In this document: positions 39,110 to 52,170 of the stretch, in pieces
How positions within the stretch are numbered: the first letter of the stretch is position 1
Layout: the number at the start of each line of letters is the position of its first letter
Assembly (NCBI GenBank): GCA_034780895.1
Contig: JAUZTB010000017.1
Coordinates: 27,421,877 to 27,485,876 of the forward strand
Reading direction: 5' to 3'
Source of the DNA: Rhynchobatus australiae
Lineage: Eukaryota
DNA length: 64,000 nt
The notes under the pieces: model-generated
Told to the model about the DNA's origin: nothing
Databases searched by the model: none
What the model saw: only the letters and a program-made list of their open reading frames with translations
Translations under genes and position numbers: made by a program

Positions 39110-41194
39110 TGTTTCTTTTCCCACAGATGCTGTCTGGCCCGCTGAGTCTTTTCTAGCATTTTTTGTTTTTTATTTTAAGTAAATTTACAGATTGCATATT
39201 ATGACCTCGGTGTTTTTTTTCAGTCATGCGTAGGGGCAGAGCAGTAGGTTGGCTGGGTGACAGAGGAACAGTGATAGAGGAGCAATAATTTTGTCTGGAG
39301 AGGATGCTGAAAGACAAAATGTCATTGTCACAGACATGCAGAGTGGAATCATGACATTAGACAAGGCAACACATTCAGACGCTTCAGAAGAAATGAGAGT
39401 GCAGAGCTGGGATATGAGTTGGAAAGGACTGATGTATGTAATGCTATATTTCAAAAAGGGCATAACAGCAATAGCTTGAAAGGCGATGCAACAGTACCTG
39501 GGGAAAGAGCACCTTTGACATAATAAGGGAGCATGTGGGCTAGGTACAGAGTTCAATGGTCAACACCAGAGTTGGAATCAGTGTTTACTGGCATGGACAA
39601 AATGGGCTGAATGGCTTCCTGTGTCATAAATTTTCTCTGAGTCATGAAAGGTATCAAAAGAGCAATGAATGAGCTCAGGTAAATCAGTCTGAGTCAGTAC
39701 AAGTAACGATCGGGAACAGGGGGATAGGCAGGAAAGGAGATTTAGAAACAGTTGTATGAATGAATTTAACTTTAGAAGAAAGGAAATCCCTGAGCATTTC
39801 ATAATGTGAGTGTGGTTGAGAATGGAAGGGGTGGGGTAATGAAGGCATGAATCCACTAATACCCAGAGTGATTTAAATTAAAATTAGTTTGCAAAAAAGA
39901 GAAAACAAAGGACATATTTAACATCGAGTGGTCATGGTCCTTTACCAGTGGAACTAGTAAAAAGGAAGACTAATTATTGCCATCCATTCTCAGTTGAAAG
40001 CACCCATTCAAGTCAATTCATAAAATTCTGTTGAGTGCTCAATGACATGACAAATATGAGAAAGATTAAAAGGGGCTTTGTTAGTAAATAGCAGTAAATA
40101 ATTCACATGATAATTTGCACACAGATAAAAACATGCTTTTGGTTTATTTTTAAATCTTGAACATTTTAAAAATGAAATTTATCATTTGAGCCATAATGTA
40201 ATCACAATAATGAGTCTGGATGAGTTCAGTGTTGGTAAATAACTTAGCTTGACATTAATTTAGGCAGCTGGCCTTCCCTCGTGCTCACACCAATCAGATG
40301 TGAATCATTGTCCATTAATTCTCACAATCTGCCCTGGTGTTATTAGCATAGAGATGGGTCGCCACTAACTGTATTCACTATTATTTTGTTTGCATTAAAC
40401 TGAAGCAGGAAGAACTGTGAAGATAATTATGGAAAGAAAAGTGCTATTTAAAATCTGTGCTAGAATGTTACTCTTTATATGGCATTTAGTTACAGATTAG
40501 ACAACAGAACCATAACATAATGTTTATATGTTTAAACCTTGAACTTCAGCTAGACAAGGGGCATGATTTCAGTCTGCATGACATTTTTAGTTTTGGGACA
40601 TATCTAATCAATTTGTGTAGCTGTTTGAATGGGCTGCTATTAATTACATNNNNNNNNNNNNNNNNNNNNNNNNNNNNNNNNNNNNNNNNNNNNNNNNNNG
40701 CATCAGCAGATTTAGAAATGAGCATTAATTAAGCAATGTTGCTTAGTAAATGCTTACCCAATTTGTTCGTTTTTATTTTTCTCATCTGGCCTGCTGGATG
40801 TTGAATGACTCCTGTTTTATTCCCGGCAGCATTAAGATGACTTAAGGTTAACTTCTGGTATAATTTCAATGATTTTCCGATTATCGTCGAATGACACAGT
40901 ACAGATGGAAGCCGGTTGGGCTCTGGTGCCTTTCCCCAAATCAATTATCAACGATCCTTGAATAAAAATGTCTTGATATATCACAGAATGACATTGGAGA
41001 TCCTCATGCTTGAAAGCATCCATCCCCTAAACAATTTTACCAACACAAATTCTGGTAATATTACCTATGGAATTGCTTTATGATATAAAGAGTTTAGAGA
41101 TTTGCCTACAGCCTTCTGCAACAGAGGAAACATAAGATGCAAGTTGGTATTCTAAAATTGGCAAGTTGGAAGGTCAGAAATCCGCAATGATTTT

Positions 41195-43330
41195 ATATTT
41201 CAAAAATAAACTTTATTCATAATAAAAATATATATGAAGGAAGAAACAGTGCAAAGAACTTTTACATGCTTGGTTATTATATTCAGTAGTATAAACATTT
41301 TTTTAAAGAAATAACAAGCAAACATAGCACCATGCACTCGTGTGGCCCCCGGGACAATACACCCTTTTCATTGTTTGAGGGGCTTCTCCAGCCAACTCAG
41401 CCCCTCCATGTGTGGCAGCAGAAGGAGCCTTGACTGTGGTCCTTCCCCACAGAGATTTAGCATTGGCTGCACCGAGCTTCAGTGCGCCCCTCAGTATGTA
41501 CTCCTGCAGCCTGGAATGTGCCAGTCAGCAGCATTCCCTGACGGACATCTTGCTGTCCTGGAAGACCAACAAGTTTTGGACAGACCAAAGGTCGTCTTTC
41601 ACCAAGTTGATGACCTTCCATCAGTAGTTGATGTCCGTCTTGGTATGTGCCCCTGGGAACAGCCCATAGATCAGAGAGACCTCTGTTAAGCAACTGCTGA
41701 GGATGAACTGGGACATGGACCCTTTCATCGGTCTCCACACCCTCTCAGCAAATCCACAGTCTGCAAAGAGGTGGGTGACCATCTCTTCCCCATCTCAGCG
41801 GTCCTGGGAGCACCATACATTGGGGGTGATATCTCATTTGTACAGGAAGGCTCTGACAGGGAGGGCCCCTCTCACCACCAGCTAAGCGAGGTCTTAGTAT
41901 TTGTGGTGAGATCTGGCAATGAGGTGTTCTGCCAGGTGGTTTGGACAATTTGCTCAGGACCCACCCCACAGTATCCATAGTGTCCCTGTCCCGCAGTATC
42001 TGCAGGACATTCCGCACCAACCACTGTCTTGAACTTGTGGTCAAAGGTATTACCTGGAACAGGTAGTGCGGCAACGTCCAGCTAACTGGGACATTGCACA
42101 GTAATGGGGCCAGGCCTATCTTCCACAACACCAGGGACAGGTAGAACCTTAGCACATAGCGATGCTTGGTGCCCACATACTTTGGATCCACACACTACCT
42201 GATACAGCCAGGCACAGTGGTGGTCACTGGCTGCACTTTTACCCCCATTCTCTGAGGACTTGTGCATTGTGACCACTTGGACTCCCTCCGCCTTGGAACC
42301 CCCAGATAAACTGGAAGACGTCCCAGGTGATTATCGAGGCAGTGCAGTGGGGAACAGGCCACGCCTACGCCAAGTACAGCAGCCCTGAGAGCATATTGTA
42401 CCTGATAATCAAGTTCTTCCCAGTTATTGACAGGAAATGCCGTTTCCCCAGACAATATTTGTTTGACCTTCCCAATCTGCTCCAGCCAATCCTTGTTAAG
42501 CTCCTCAGACCCTCTGAACCAGACCCCCGGCACCTTCAGCTCGCCAGATCCGACAGTAAAGAGAATATTGATCAGTCAGGCCAGTATTCGAAGAGCACGG
42601 CTTCGCTCTTCCTGCAGTTGATTCTGGCCTCCAATGTCAACTCAGACTATTTGCAGATGCTGATCAATCTGCAAACTGACCGTGGATCCCAGCAGAAGAC
42701 GGCGACATCGTCATTGTATGGGGAGGTTTTGACTTGTGTACCTCCATTTCTTGGCAACGTCACCCCTCATATGCTTTCGTCCTTCCATATGGATTCAGCA
42801 AAGGGTTCTATGCAACACATGAACAAGACAGTGGAGAGTGGGAAAGCATGCCCGACTCCAGACTTGGTGGGGAAGCTATCTGTCTCCCACCCATTGATTT
42901 GGACTGCATTACAGATATCTGTGTAGAGCAGTCGGATCCAATTTCTGATTCCCTCCCCAAAACCCATTGTGGAAAGCATGTCCACCATGTACGGGTGTGA
43001 TTTCCTGACAAAGGCCTTCTCCTGATCCAAGCTGACCAGGCAGGCATCCACCCCTCTGTACTGCACATAGGCAGTGGTATCCCTGAGCAGCACAAGGCTG
43101 TCAAAGATTTTCTTGCCAGGTACAGCACAGGTTTGGTTTGGGTGGATCACCATTCCCAGAGCAGACTTAACCTGGTTTGCATTGGCGTTGGATGAGATCC
43201 TATGGTCCACATTCAACAGTGAAATGGGTCTTCAATTCCTGATGTCCTCCTTCTCCCCCTTCTACTTGTTGATGAGGGTAATGATGCCTTTCCTCATGGA
43301 GTCTGGCACGCAGCCTGCCAGGAGCATAGC
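41195..43330 (-). mobile_element. 5'-truncated Tx1-clade (L1 superfamily) LINE; disrupted RT and C-terminal zinc finger
   Basis: Minus strand reads RKGIITLI..K...RPISLLNVD, VIHPNQTCAVPGKKIFDSL..LRD....LVSLDQEKAF, FPLSTVLF..CIEPFA, YNDDVAVFC (YxDD) and GEEMVTHLFADCGFA (zinc finger end). 3' end atgAATAAAgtttatttttg near 41200. GC-rich relative to the flanks; frameshifts and stops present. Confidence 0.9.
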
Positions 43331-43854
43331 ATTGTACTCTTTCAGAGGGAAAAAAATTGGTAATTTGCATCACATGGAATGAGGAAGGTGCCACTTCTTG
43401 CACTAGTCCCTCCTTTATGTCCCTATGGCAATTTGGGATCTGCCATTCAGAGTCTCCACAGGAATTCTGCCACATGGATCCTTGTAAGGTTCAGTGTTGA
43501 CAGAATCATTTCTTGGGGCCAATTGTAAACTTTGACACTGAGGTAGTGCTTGATCCCAGGGAGTTTGGCTTTCATGCCCCGCGGATTTCTGACATCTGAA
43601 AAGAAGTTTTAAAAATTCAAATTGGGGTACTTTTCCTGGTTAGGCCTCTGGCTCTCTTTTTTGGAAAAGTGGAGTGGGCTTCCAAGATCTGGATGATCAC
43701 GCCTCTTGTGCTAATGGAGGCATGGAATCCTTCACCTTGACATCAAGGTAACACTTAATTGAGTGTGGCACCAGATTGCCTTCATAACATTTGGGCAATG
43801 GGAGCAAATAGGATACCCTTCCACTGGCTGGTGACGTACATGCCCAATAGCTCT

Positions 43855-44590
43855 GATTGTTGGAGGTCAATCATTTCAATCCCAGGACATCACTGCATGA
43901 GCTGCTTAGGTGATGAAGGTCTAACTGTCTTCAGCAGTTTCCTCAATGATCCATCAAAAACTCATAATTGATTATGCAGTGTTCAGTTTGCGGTTGCTCG
44001 GAGAATAACAACACCCTGTCTGCACGAAAAAGACCCAGACAACATTCAGGCATGTGCTGATATACTCTGAGTTACATACGTGGCACAAATGCCAGCCAGT
44101 GACCTCTTCAACAAGAGGTAATCAAGGTCCCTTCCCTTCATGTTTCATGGCATTACCAACATTACATCTCCTCTCATTCTATTCCTAAGGGTCACCACTG
44201 ACCAGGAACTTAATTGAATGAGGTGAATAACTGAACTGTGACTACAGTATTTATCATCTGAAATATGCACCCAAACAATCTGACAAGGCTCTTTCAACAT
44301 CTCCTCCCAAACCCATGACCTCTACCACTGGCAAAGACAAGGGTAGCAGGTGCAGAGAAACATCACCCTAACAAGTTTCCCCTCCAAGTTACATTCATCC
44401 TGACTTGACAATATATCACTGTATTTCCTCATCGTTGGGAATCCTGGAGCTCCCTAGCACATGAACATTGTTGGAGTAGTTTCATCATATGGATTACAGC
44501 TGTGACGGCCAATGGCCATCTACTGAGACCGTTCACAGAAGAGTATTAAATGCTGGTTCTGCCAGAAATGCCCTTTTCATAAATTCAAAT
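43855..44590 (+). mobile_element. CR1-group LINE fragment (RT remnant plus 3' end)
   Basis: ggaggtcaatcatttcaatcccaggacatcactgca (GGQS.QSQDITA), TVFSSFLNDPS, gacccagacaacattcaggcatg (D.DNIQA), then the 3' region ending taaatgctggttctgccagaaatgccc. Confidence 0.7.
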
Positions 44591-46399
44591 GCAAAATATG
44601 ATCCAGCCATAGGAATTGGAATGCACTCAGAGTCAGGTGGAATTACTGGGTGAAAGCTCCACATTGCTGCATTAGTGTGACAGATTTCCAGAGAACTGAG
44701 AGACATCTTCAGCTTGGTGTAAGGGCTGTCAAGAGTGAAGTCTTACTTGCTGTGTCTCTCCATGACGCATCTTGCTGTTAGCCGAGCTTGGCTGAATTGC
44801 TTAGTTTACCAGACCTGTGACTGGTGTACTTGGTGTTGCTTCTGTATCTGACGTCCCTATTGCAATGCTTCCTCCTACTCACATGAATTTAGAGCTTTTT
44901 CTCAAACGTGTACTATAATATGTAACCACTGTTAATCGAGCCTTGCAACTTTGCTGTGCATTTAAATCATTTTATTCTCTTGAGGTACCTCCCTGATCTC
45001 CCTCACATTCATGCCTTTGCTTAATAATAGGTATGAACACTTGTCAGAGTCAATGGCACTTCCTCCTTTGTCTCTTTCTCTTGTTTACTTTGTTCAGTGA
45101 AATCAATCCTGCTGTGTTGCTGCTTAATTTGATATGACTTCTCTCAGCAAAGCGATAGAAAAGATGAATTGAGACATTGCATGGAACATTATCAATCAAA
45201 CTTGTGAGCATTAGTTATTACTCACAGTGCATTTTGACATTAGCCTTCTGTAACCTTTGTCTCCTTGTTGATGTTCTATAGAGGTTTTACCCCATATACC
45301 TGATGTATTTATGTTGAAGCTGTTTACACAGATTGTTTAAAAGGTCAGTAAGAGCTTTCTTTAGCCTGAGGCCTACTTTAAATGTGACATTGCGTATGAT
45401 ATGTCTAAAGCCAGTGTATCATCCTGTACTTACAAAAGATTAATGAGACATTAATCAAGAATATCTCAGTATCTATCTGTATTGTTGTCCACTTACTAAC
45501 ATACTACTGCATGAATTAAAAATATTTTCAGCATCGTTGGATTTGACTAAATAAGCTGTTTTTTTTAAAAAAGATGAGTTCCTGGCAATGAGNNNNNNNN
45601 NNNNNNNNNNNNNNNNNNNNNNNNNNNNNNNNNNNNNNNNNNNNNNNNNNNNNNNNNNNNNNNNNNNNNNNNNNNNNNNNNNNNNNNNNNNNNNAGTGGA
45701 ATTCCTGGATATTAACATCAGGGGTGGGCTTAAAAAAATATCCAATTTTGGGGAGAATTTCTGAGAAAGAAATTGGAAAATTTGTGTAACTTTGTGAAAA
45801 ATACTGAAATACATTAAGATACAGAGTATATGCAGAAAGTATTTTATCGCCCTGGCTTTTGCAATTATAGTAATGCTAAAACTATCAGCATCTGTCACTA
45901 TGTGGAAGAAGGAGCAACTTTGGAATTTCTCAACATGAGAGGTTTTACATTGAAATCACAAGGATGCTCTCAGGGATTCAGCTGTCTGCCATGAGCTGTG
46001 ATGGTCTCCACCCAAATAAAGGAGATCTGTTGAAGCAGAGGAGAGACTCAAGAATTTACAAACTGTTCTCACTGTTAAATATCCTGAAAATCCTTCATTT
46101 CATTGCTTGATGTCTAAGTGAAGTCTAAATAACATCAAGTCCACTTGGCATCATAAGAGGCAATTGACTGAAATAACAGACAGGACATCCAAGTGTGAGG
46201 TTTTTCAAGTCATACAAAAAGAGAACAACTTTACAAAGTAGTAAGTACTGTTTAGGAATCTCTTTGACTCTCCCTCCCCCCCTCACTCCCCCCAAAAAAA
46301 ATTCTACTTTTGTGCATGTAGATTGTAATTCTTTCAAATAAATACTTCAAAATGGATTCTTAATGACAAGACAGACCTGTGTTTGGACTTAGAGATTTA

Positions 46400-49300
46400 A
46401 CTGTGCAAGATAGATTGCTTTGAGAAAAGAACCTGACCTGAGAGAAAACTAGAAGCAAAGAGCAAGAAGGATTAATTTAGTACATCAACAGGATAAGTGC
46501 AGTACTTAAAACTAAGGAAATCCCATCTCTATGGGTAACAGAGAAGAGCTGCAAGTGGAGTTTGAGGGAAGGCCATGACCATAAGAGTGTTGAAACTGTG
46601 GGAGGAAAGACTTTACAGGAGAAAACATTGCCCTCTTTTGATAAAATACATAACAAATGCCGAAAGGCCAATAATCTGTCTGCCTGGAAAATAATCATTT
46701 NNNNNNNNNNNNNNNNNNNNAACAAGGAGAAAGTGCTTGTTTAAAACATTTTTGTCATCAATGAGGTCAATACTTACTGTTTGAATGTTGATGAGTATAT
46801 TACACTTAGATGAGATTCAGGCAATTGCTTGACATTTCTAATAGATGCAAAACCAGAATATAATGTAATTCTGCTTCACTTCTATGTGGAAACAACCAAC
46901 AATTTTAAGCTTGCTGAGGTGGAATCATTTAAATCTGCAATTGTAGCTTATGGTTGAACTTGTCTTCCTGTTAAGTGGCAGGTATCACTGTTGCATTATT
47001 GTAGTGATTTGAATATCAATTAGACTCAGCTTGTGAGTAGTGTGATCATAAAACCTCTTCTGAATGGAAAGACATGTTTAAACATGAATATAAGCAAGTA
47101 TGATGAAAATGACGCACTTAATAAAATGACATCTGGTGGGGTCATTAGATATGGATTAAAAGATTATTAGCCAGTAACTAAGGAATGTTTATTGCAAAAT
47201 TATCCTTAGTAATGGAATTGGACAACTTAAGGCAGAGTACCAAATCAAGATTGATGAAACAGTAGTGGATTTGATGCATCTTGTATTTCCCAGTGCAGTT
47301 GTGGCTTTAAGACACAAGTTGAAAGAAACACAGGATGAAGCAGTGAGACAAGATGATTCATTTCTGCAACTGCAATAACTGCTTAGATTCATTCAATAAT
47401 AGCAATATTGAAGGAAGATGGATCACTATGTACATGTTTAGATCCCAAAGGTTTAAATAAAACTACTAAAAGAGAACACTGCCAATAATGGAAGATGATA
47501 ACCACATACCTAGAAGATGCTAAAGTTCTTATGATTCAAGATGTTTGAAATGGGTTTCAGCAAGTTAGTTTAGATTAAAAATTGTCATAATTAACTACTT
47601 TCCATGTTCCTCTTTAGAAGGTATTATTGGAAGCATTTTCCATCAATTCTATGTTAAAAGTTTTCCAAAAGAAAATGCATGAAATGGTTGAAGGACTTCA
47701 GCAAATTGAAGTCATTGCTGATGATTTTGTGGTTGTGGAGTTCAGAGAAGAGCTGGAAGAAGCAATTCAAGAGCATGATAAAAGGTGCAGTAAACTTGGA
47801 ATAGTACAAAGTAAAGGCAAAGTGAAACACTGGAGACAAGAAGATATGCTTTTTGGTTATTTGTTAAAGCAGTCCAGGAGAGGCCTACACTGAAAAATGT
47901 GGCAGGGATCCAGTGTTTGTTGGGATTTGCTCAATACCTAGGTTTCACCCTCATCTATCATATTTGACAAAACCATTCAGAGATATAACAAGGAAAGATG
48001 GAGAGTGGTTCTGNNNNNNNNNNNNNNNNNNNNNNNNNNNNNNNNNNNNNNNNNNNNNNNNNNNNNNNNNNNNNNNNNNNNNNNNNNNNNNNNNNNNNNN
48101 NNNNNNNNNNNNNNNNNNNNNNNNNNNNNNNNNNNNNNNNNNNNNNNNNNNNNNNNNNNNNNNNNNNNNNNNNNNNNNNNNNNNNNNNNNNNNNNNNNNN
48201 NNNNNNNNNNNNNNNNNNNNNNNNNNNNNNNNNNNNNNNNNNNNNNNNNNNNNNNNNNNNNNNNNNNNNNNNNNNNNNNNNNNNNNNNNNNNNNNNNNNN
48301 NNNNNNNNNNNNNNNNNNNNNNNNNNNNNNNNNNNNNNNNNNNNNNNNNNNNNNNNNNNNNNNNNNNNNNNNNNNNNNNNNNNNNNNNNNNNNNNNNNNN
48401 NNNNNNNNNNNNNNNNNNNNNNNNNNNNNNNNNNNNNNNNNNNNNNNNNNNNNNNNNNNNNNNNNNNNNNNNNNNNNNNNNNNNNNNNNNNNNNNNNNNN
48501 NNNNNNNNNNNNNNNNNNNNNNNNNNNNNNNNNNNNNNNNNNNNNNNNNNNNNNNNNNNNNNNNNNNNNNNNNNNNNNNNNNNNNNNNNNNNNNNNNNNN
48601 NNNNNNNNNNNNNNNNNNNNNNNNNNNNNNNNNNNNNNNNNNNNNNNNNNNNNNNNNNNNNNNNNNNNNNNNNNNNNNNNNNNNNNNNNNNNNNNNNNNN
48701 NNNNNNNNNNNNNNNNNNNNNNNNNNNNNNNNNNNNNNNNNNNNNNNNNNNNNNNNNNNNNNNNNNNNNNNNNNNNNNNNNNNNNNNNNNNNNNNNNNNN
48801 NNNNNNNNNNNNNNNNNNNNNNNNNNNNNNNNNNNNNNNNNNNNNNNNNNNNNNNNNNNNNNNNNNNNNNNNNNNNNNNNNNNNNNNNNNNNNNNNNNNN
48901 NNNNNNNNNAATCCAAGATTATCTCAGTTGGCTGAAAATTACAATTGGACTTAAATAATACTGTATATTTCAAAGTGTGATATTTGGCTCACTGACATTT
49001 GCCAGGTAAGGAAACATCATTTAGCCACCACTCTGGGCAAAGGTTGGTGCTGATCTCTGAGAGTAACATGGCCATTCTTGCTGTGGTGAGATTATTACAA
49101 TTACCCTTGTAAAGCAGCTAGACTTTCTTCAATCACTATTAGCAGATACTTTGAAAGAACTTCACATAACCTTTGCTACATTTGGAATACCAGAAAACCT
49201 AATTAATAATAATAGACCACAGTTTACATCCAGAGAATTTGCAGTGTTTGCTAAGATGTGGAGTTTTTGATATGTGATATCATCATCTTTGTACCCACAA

Positions 49301-49520
49301 TCATATGGTAAGTCTGAGAATGTTGTCAGAGCTGTTAAGACTTTTCACAAAATCCAAGGAATCTGGTAAATCTGAATTTTTAGTTTTACTAGACTACATG
49401 AGGTGAAGTAGTAGGGGCTGGTACTGCACAGAGACTAACAGACTGTAGGTACAAGACAATGATCCTACTGCAGATATCCCACTGCAGCCTTGACATTCTA
49501 CTGTGGAAGAGTCTCACACA
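46400..49520 (+). mobile_element. Degenerate Ty3/Gypsy element (RT, gap, integrase)
   Basis: DGSLCTCLDPKGLNKTTKREH, KVFQKKMHEMVEGLQQIEVIADD (RT active-site region), LTKPFRDITRKDGEWF. After the gap: FATFGIPENLINNNRPQFTSREFAVFAK...SSSLYPQSYGKSENVVRAVK (integrase core). 5' boundary approximate, no LTR identified. Confidence 0.88.
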
Positions 49521-50224
49521 CCAGCATGAAAGAACCACTGAAATTGAAGGCTATTCTAAAGTGAGGGGCCTGTGGTTTTCCAAGTTGTCTGCTATCTCCG
49601 AAGCAAAATACGATAATTAAAACAACAGCTACAGTTGCCGCAAGTCACTGACTGTAGATGTGAAGCGCCAGCCCACTGGACAGACTATGTGTTTTTACAG
49701 AGGTTGTCACTTTGTTTCAGTCAAACAGTAAAATACCATTTTGAGGGAAAGTTGAAACAAGATATGTGACCTCAATGCACATTCTATTGCAGAGATCTAT
49801 GAAGTTACCTGAGTAGGTTCATTTATTTATATCGTTGCAAAGAAATCTAGGCTATGTCTCTGCGTGTGAAACAGCAAAAACAAAGCAATCTATAAAAGTG
49901 CTTGTCTCCTTCTTTAATGTGGTTACTCTATTTTACTTAAACAAAAGTCAATTTCTCTTTTGTAACAAATCTTGACTATGCTTATAAATTAAAGAGGAAT
50001 CAATACAGTTGCAGTCTTATGGTGAGCACTATTACTTTGCCACTGGTCACTGTACATGAGAAAAGTAAAAACAATGGCCCTCTAATAAACATGGTATCTG
50101 ATCCATCCCATTTCATTCTATTCAGGCACTTCTTAAAATCGATTATGTTTTGGCAGAAAGTGAAGATCTTAAGCAATGTAAACTTTCAGTCAATCTCATT
50201 TCCTTTCTTCATTCATGAAGTCCA

Positions 50225-50370
50225 GCATTTATTCCAGTCCCCAATTGCCTTTGAACTAGGTGGCTCACTGAGGCATTTTAGAAGGTAACTGAGAATCAAG
50301 CACTTTGCTATGGATCTGGATTCACATTTCGTCCAGATTGGTTAAGAGTGATAGATTTGTTTCTCCTAAT
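50225..50370 (-). mobile_element. tRNA-derived SINE 3' fragment (same family as 3988-4300)
   Basis: catttattccagtccccaattgcctttgaact...gagaatcaagcactttgctatggatctggattcacatt...ccagattggttaagagtgatagattt. Confidence 0.55.
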
Positions 50371-50639
50371 GACGGACTTTTACTCCTGTGTAGTCCAGCT
50401 ACAGACCAGAACGTTGCTGAGATACCCAGCATTTACTGTGGTACAATGTCTGTGAGCTAATTGATTTGCGTGAGGACTGGAGAGCTGAAAGGAAGAAAGA
50501 GAAAAAGAATGCAAGTTGCTTTTTTTTGTTATTTGTGAATAGCATGTTTTCAGCTATTCATGTAGACCGAGAATTATTGTATGAAGAATGAAGTGATGGT
50601 TATAAGAAATTTTAGCTCACAAAGTTATTTGGACGTAGA

Positions 50640-50830
50640 ACCATTAAAAGAGTTTACAGAATACTTGCCTTTATTGGGAGATTATATTATAATTATATAA
50701 ACATCACTTAAGTTCCATCTGGAACACTTTGTCCATTTCTGGTTACCATATCACAGGAAGGATATGATACCACTGGAGAAGTGCAGAGGAGACTTAGTAG
50801 GATATTGCTGAAGGTGGAGGACTATCATTT
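50640..50830 (+). mobile_element. CR1 LINE ORF2 fragment
   Basis: Translates HLEHFVHFWLPYHRKDMIPLEKVQRRLSRIL (cf. CR1 HLEYCVQFWSPYYRKD...LERVQRRFTRM). Confidence 0.75.
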
Positions 50831-51562
50831 TGTTTTANNNNNNNNNNNNNNNNNNNNNNNNNNNNNNNNNNNNNNNNNNNNNNNNNNNNNNNNNNNNNNN
50901 NNNNNNNNNNNNNNNNNNNNNNNNNNNNNNNNNNNNNNNNNNNNNNNNNNNNNNNNNNNNNNNNNNNNNNNNNNNNNNNNNNNNNNNNNNNNNNNNNNNN
51001 NNNNNNNNNNNNNNNNNNNNNNNNNNNNNNNNNNNNNNNNNNNNNNNNNNNNNNNNNNNNNNNNNNNNNNNNNNNNNNNNNNNNNNNNNNNNNNNNNNNN
51101 NNNNNNNNNNNNNNNNNNNNNNNNNNNNNNNNNNNNNNNNNNNNNNNNNNNNNNNNNNNNNNNNNNNNNNNNNNNNNNNNNNNNNNNNNNNNNNNNNNNN
51201 NNNNNNNNNNNNNNNNNNNNNNNNNNNNNNNNNNNNNNNNNNNNNNNNNNNNNNNNNNNNNNNNNNNNNNNNNNNNNNNNNNNNNNNNNNNNNNNNNNNN
51301 NNNNNNNNNNNNNNNNNNNNNNNAGTGTTTTTCATCTATTTTTTCTTTACTGTTCTCTATGGAAGTTTATTTCTAACGTTGATCACTCTTACTTGAAGAA
51401 TTTCTTAATATCAGTCTTAAAGACGACTAGTTAGTAGTGTGATCCATTTCCCTTTGTTTTACCTCTGTGGTCTAATCTGAAATATTACTCTGGGTTCAGA
51501 GTTTCTATGTCACTGGTAATCTTATAATCTTCTATAAGATCCTCTCAGCTCCTTTCTAGGGC

Positions 51563-51745
51563 AAAACCAAACTACTGGAGGAACTCAGCAGGTAGACCAG
51601 CATCTGTGAAGGGAAAGGAATTTTTGACATTTCAGGTTGAGGCGCTGCATCAGGACTGGTCCCCGAACAGAAGCTGCTCAACCTGCTGAGTTCCTCCAGC
51701 AATTTGGTTTTTACTCCAGATTCCAACATCTGCAGTCTCTTCGCT
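51563..51745. repeat. Penelope-derived fold-back (45-bp arms, 40/45 matched) with a degenerate hammerhead motif in the loop
   Basis: Arm 51563-51607 vs reverse complement of 51667-51711. Loop on the minus strand reads cagtc-CTGATGC-agcgcctcaacct-GAAA-tgtc. Confidence 0.8.
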
Positions 51746-51959
51746 ACTTCGGAAAACCCGAGTTTCTCCATTCTGTTTTAGCCTTTAAATTAGCAATTAG
51801 CCGAAGGTTGACTCTCTGGACTGCCTGCAATTCTTAAGTGCCTCTTCAGTTGAATTGAATGTAAAGTTCAAAGAGAAGTATGACCTGAATACCAAATAGT
51901 TTCCTTTATTTGTGGCCATTTCTTTTCATCCCAAATTTAATCATTCCATGATTGTCAAC

Positions 51960-52170
51960 TTTGGCTCTAAAGCTTGGATTTCCTAAAACTCTCCTTCTTC
52001 ACTTCCTTTTCCTCCTTTGCTATCACTATCTCTTTGACCAAGCTTTTGCTCATCTGTCCTAATATCATCTTCTGTGGCTTGCCATGAACTTTAGTTGAAC
52101 AACAGTCTGTGAAGTGCCTTGGTATTGTTTTGCTATATTACTGGAGGTATACAAATGGAGGTTGTTACAG
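51960..52170 (+). mobile_element. L2-type LINE 3' end
   Basis: ctctttgaccaagcttttgctcatctgtcctaatatc...ctgtgaagtgccttgg...ttttgctatatta...atacaaatg resembles the L2 tail gtgaagcgccttggg...aaaggcgctatataaat. Confidence 0.6.

Larger units (their letters stand above)
38305..39175. mobile_element. Composite Penelope-like element: inverted terminal repeats enclosing an RT fragment and a nested 3' end
   Basis: Minus-oriented repeat at 38305-38430 and plus-oriented repeat at 39071-39175. Minus strand 38935-39065 translates ITFAANFHGALIFILLISDSSLSFLDIFTSILG (cf. PLE RT FASNFHPALKFTWSISDTSLPFLD). Plus strand 38505-38932 is a pyrimidine-rich tract, hammerhead-like motif and tail. Confidence 0.8.

Noticed and set aside
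42327-42926. 199-aa plus-strand ORF
   Set aside because: Antisense to the Tx1 LINE RT region; an antisense shadow ORF with no recognisable protein.
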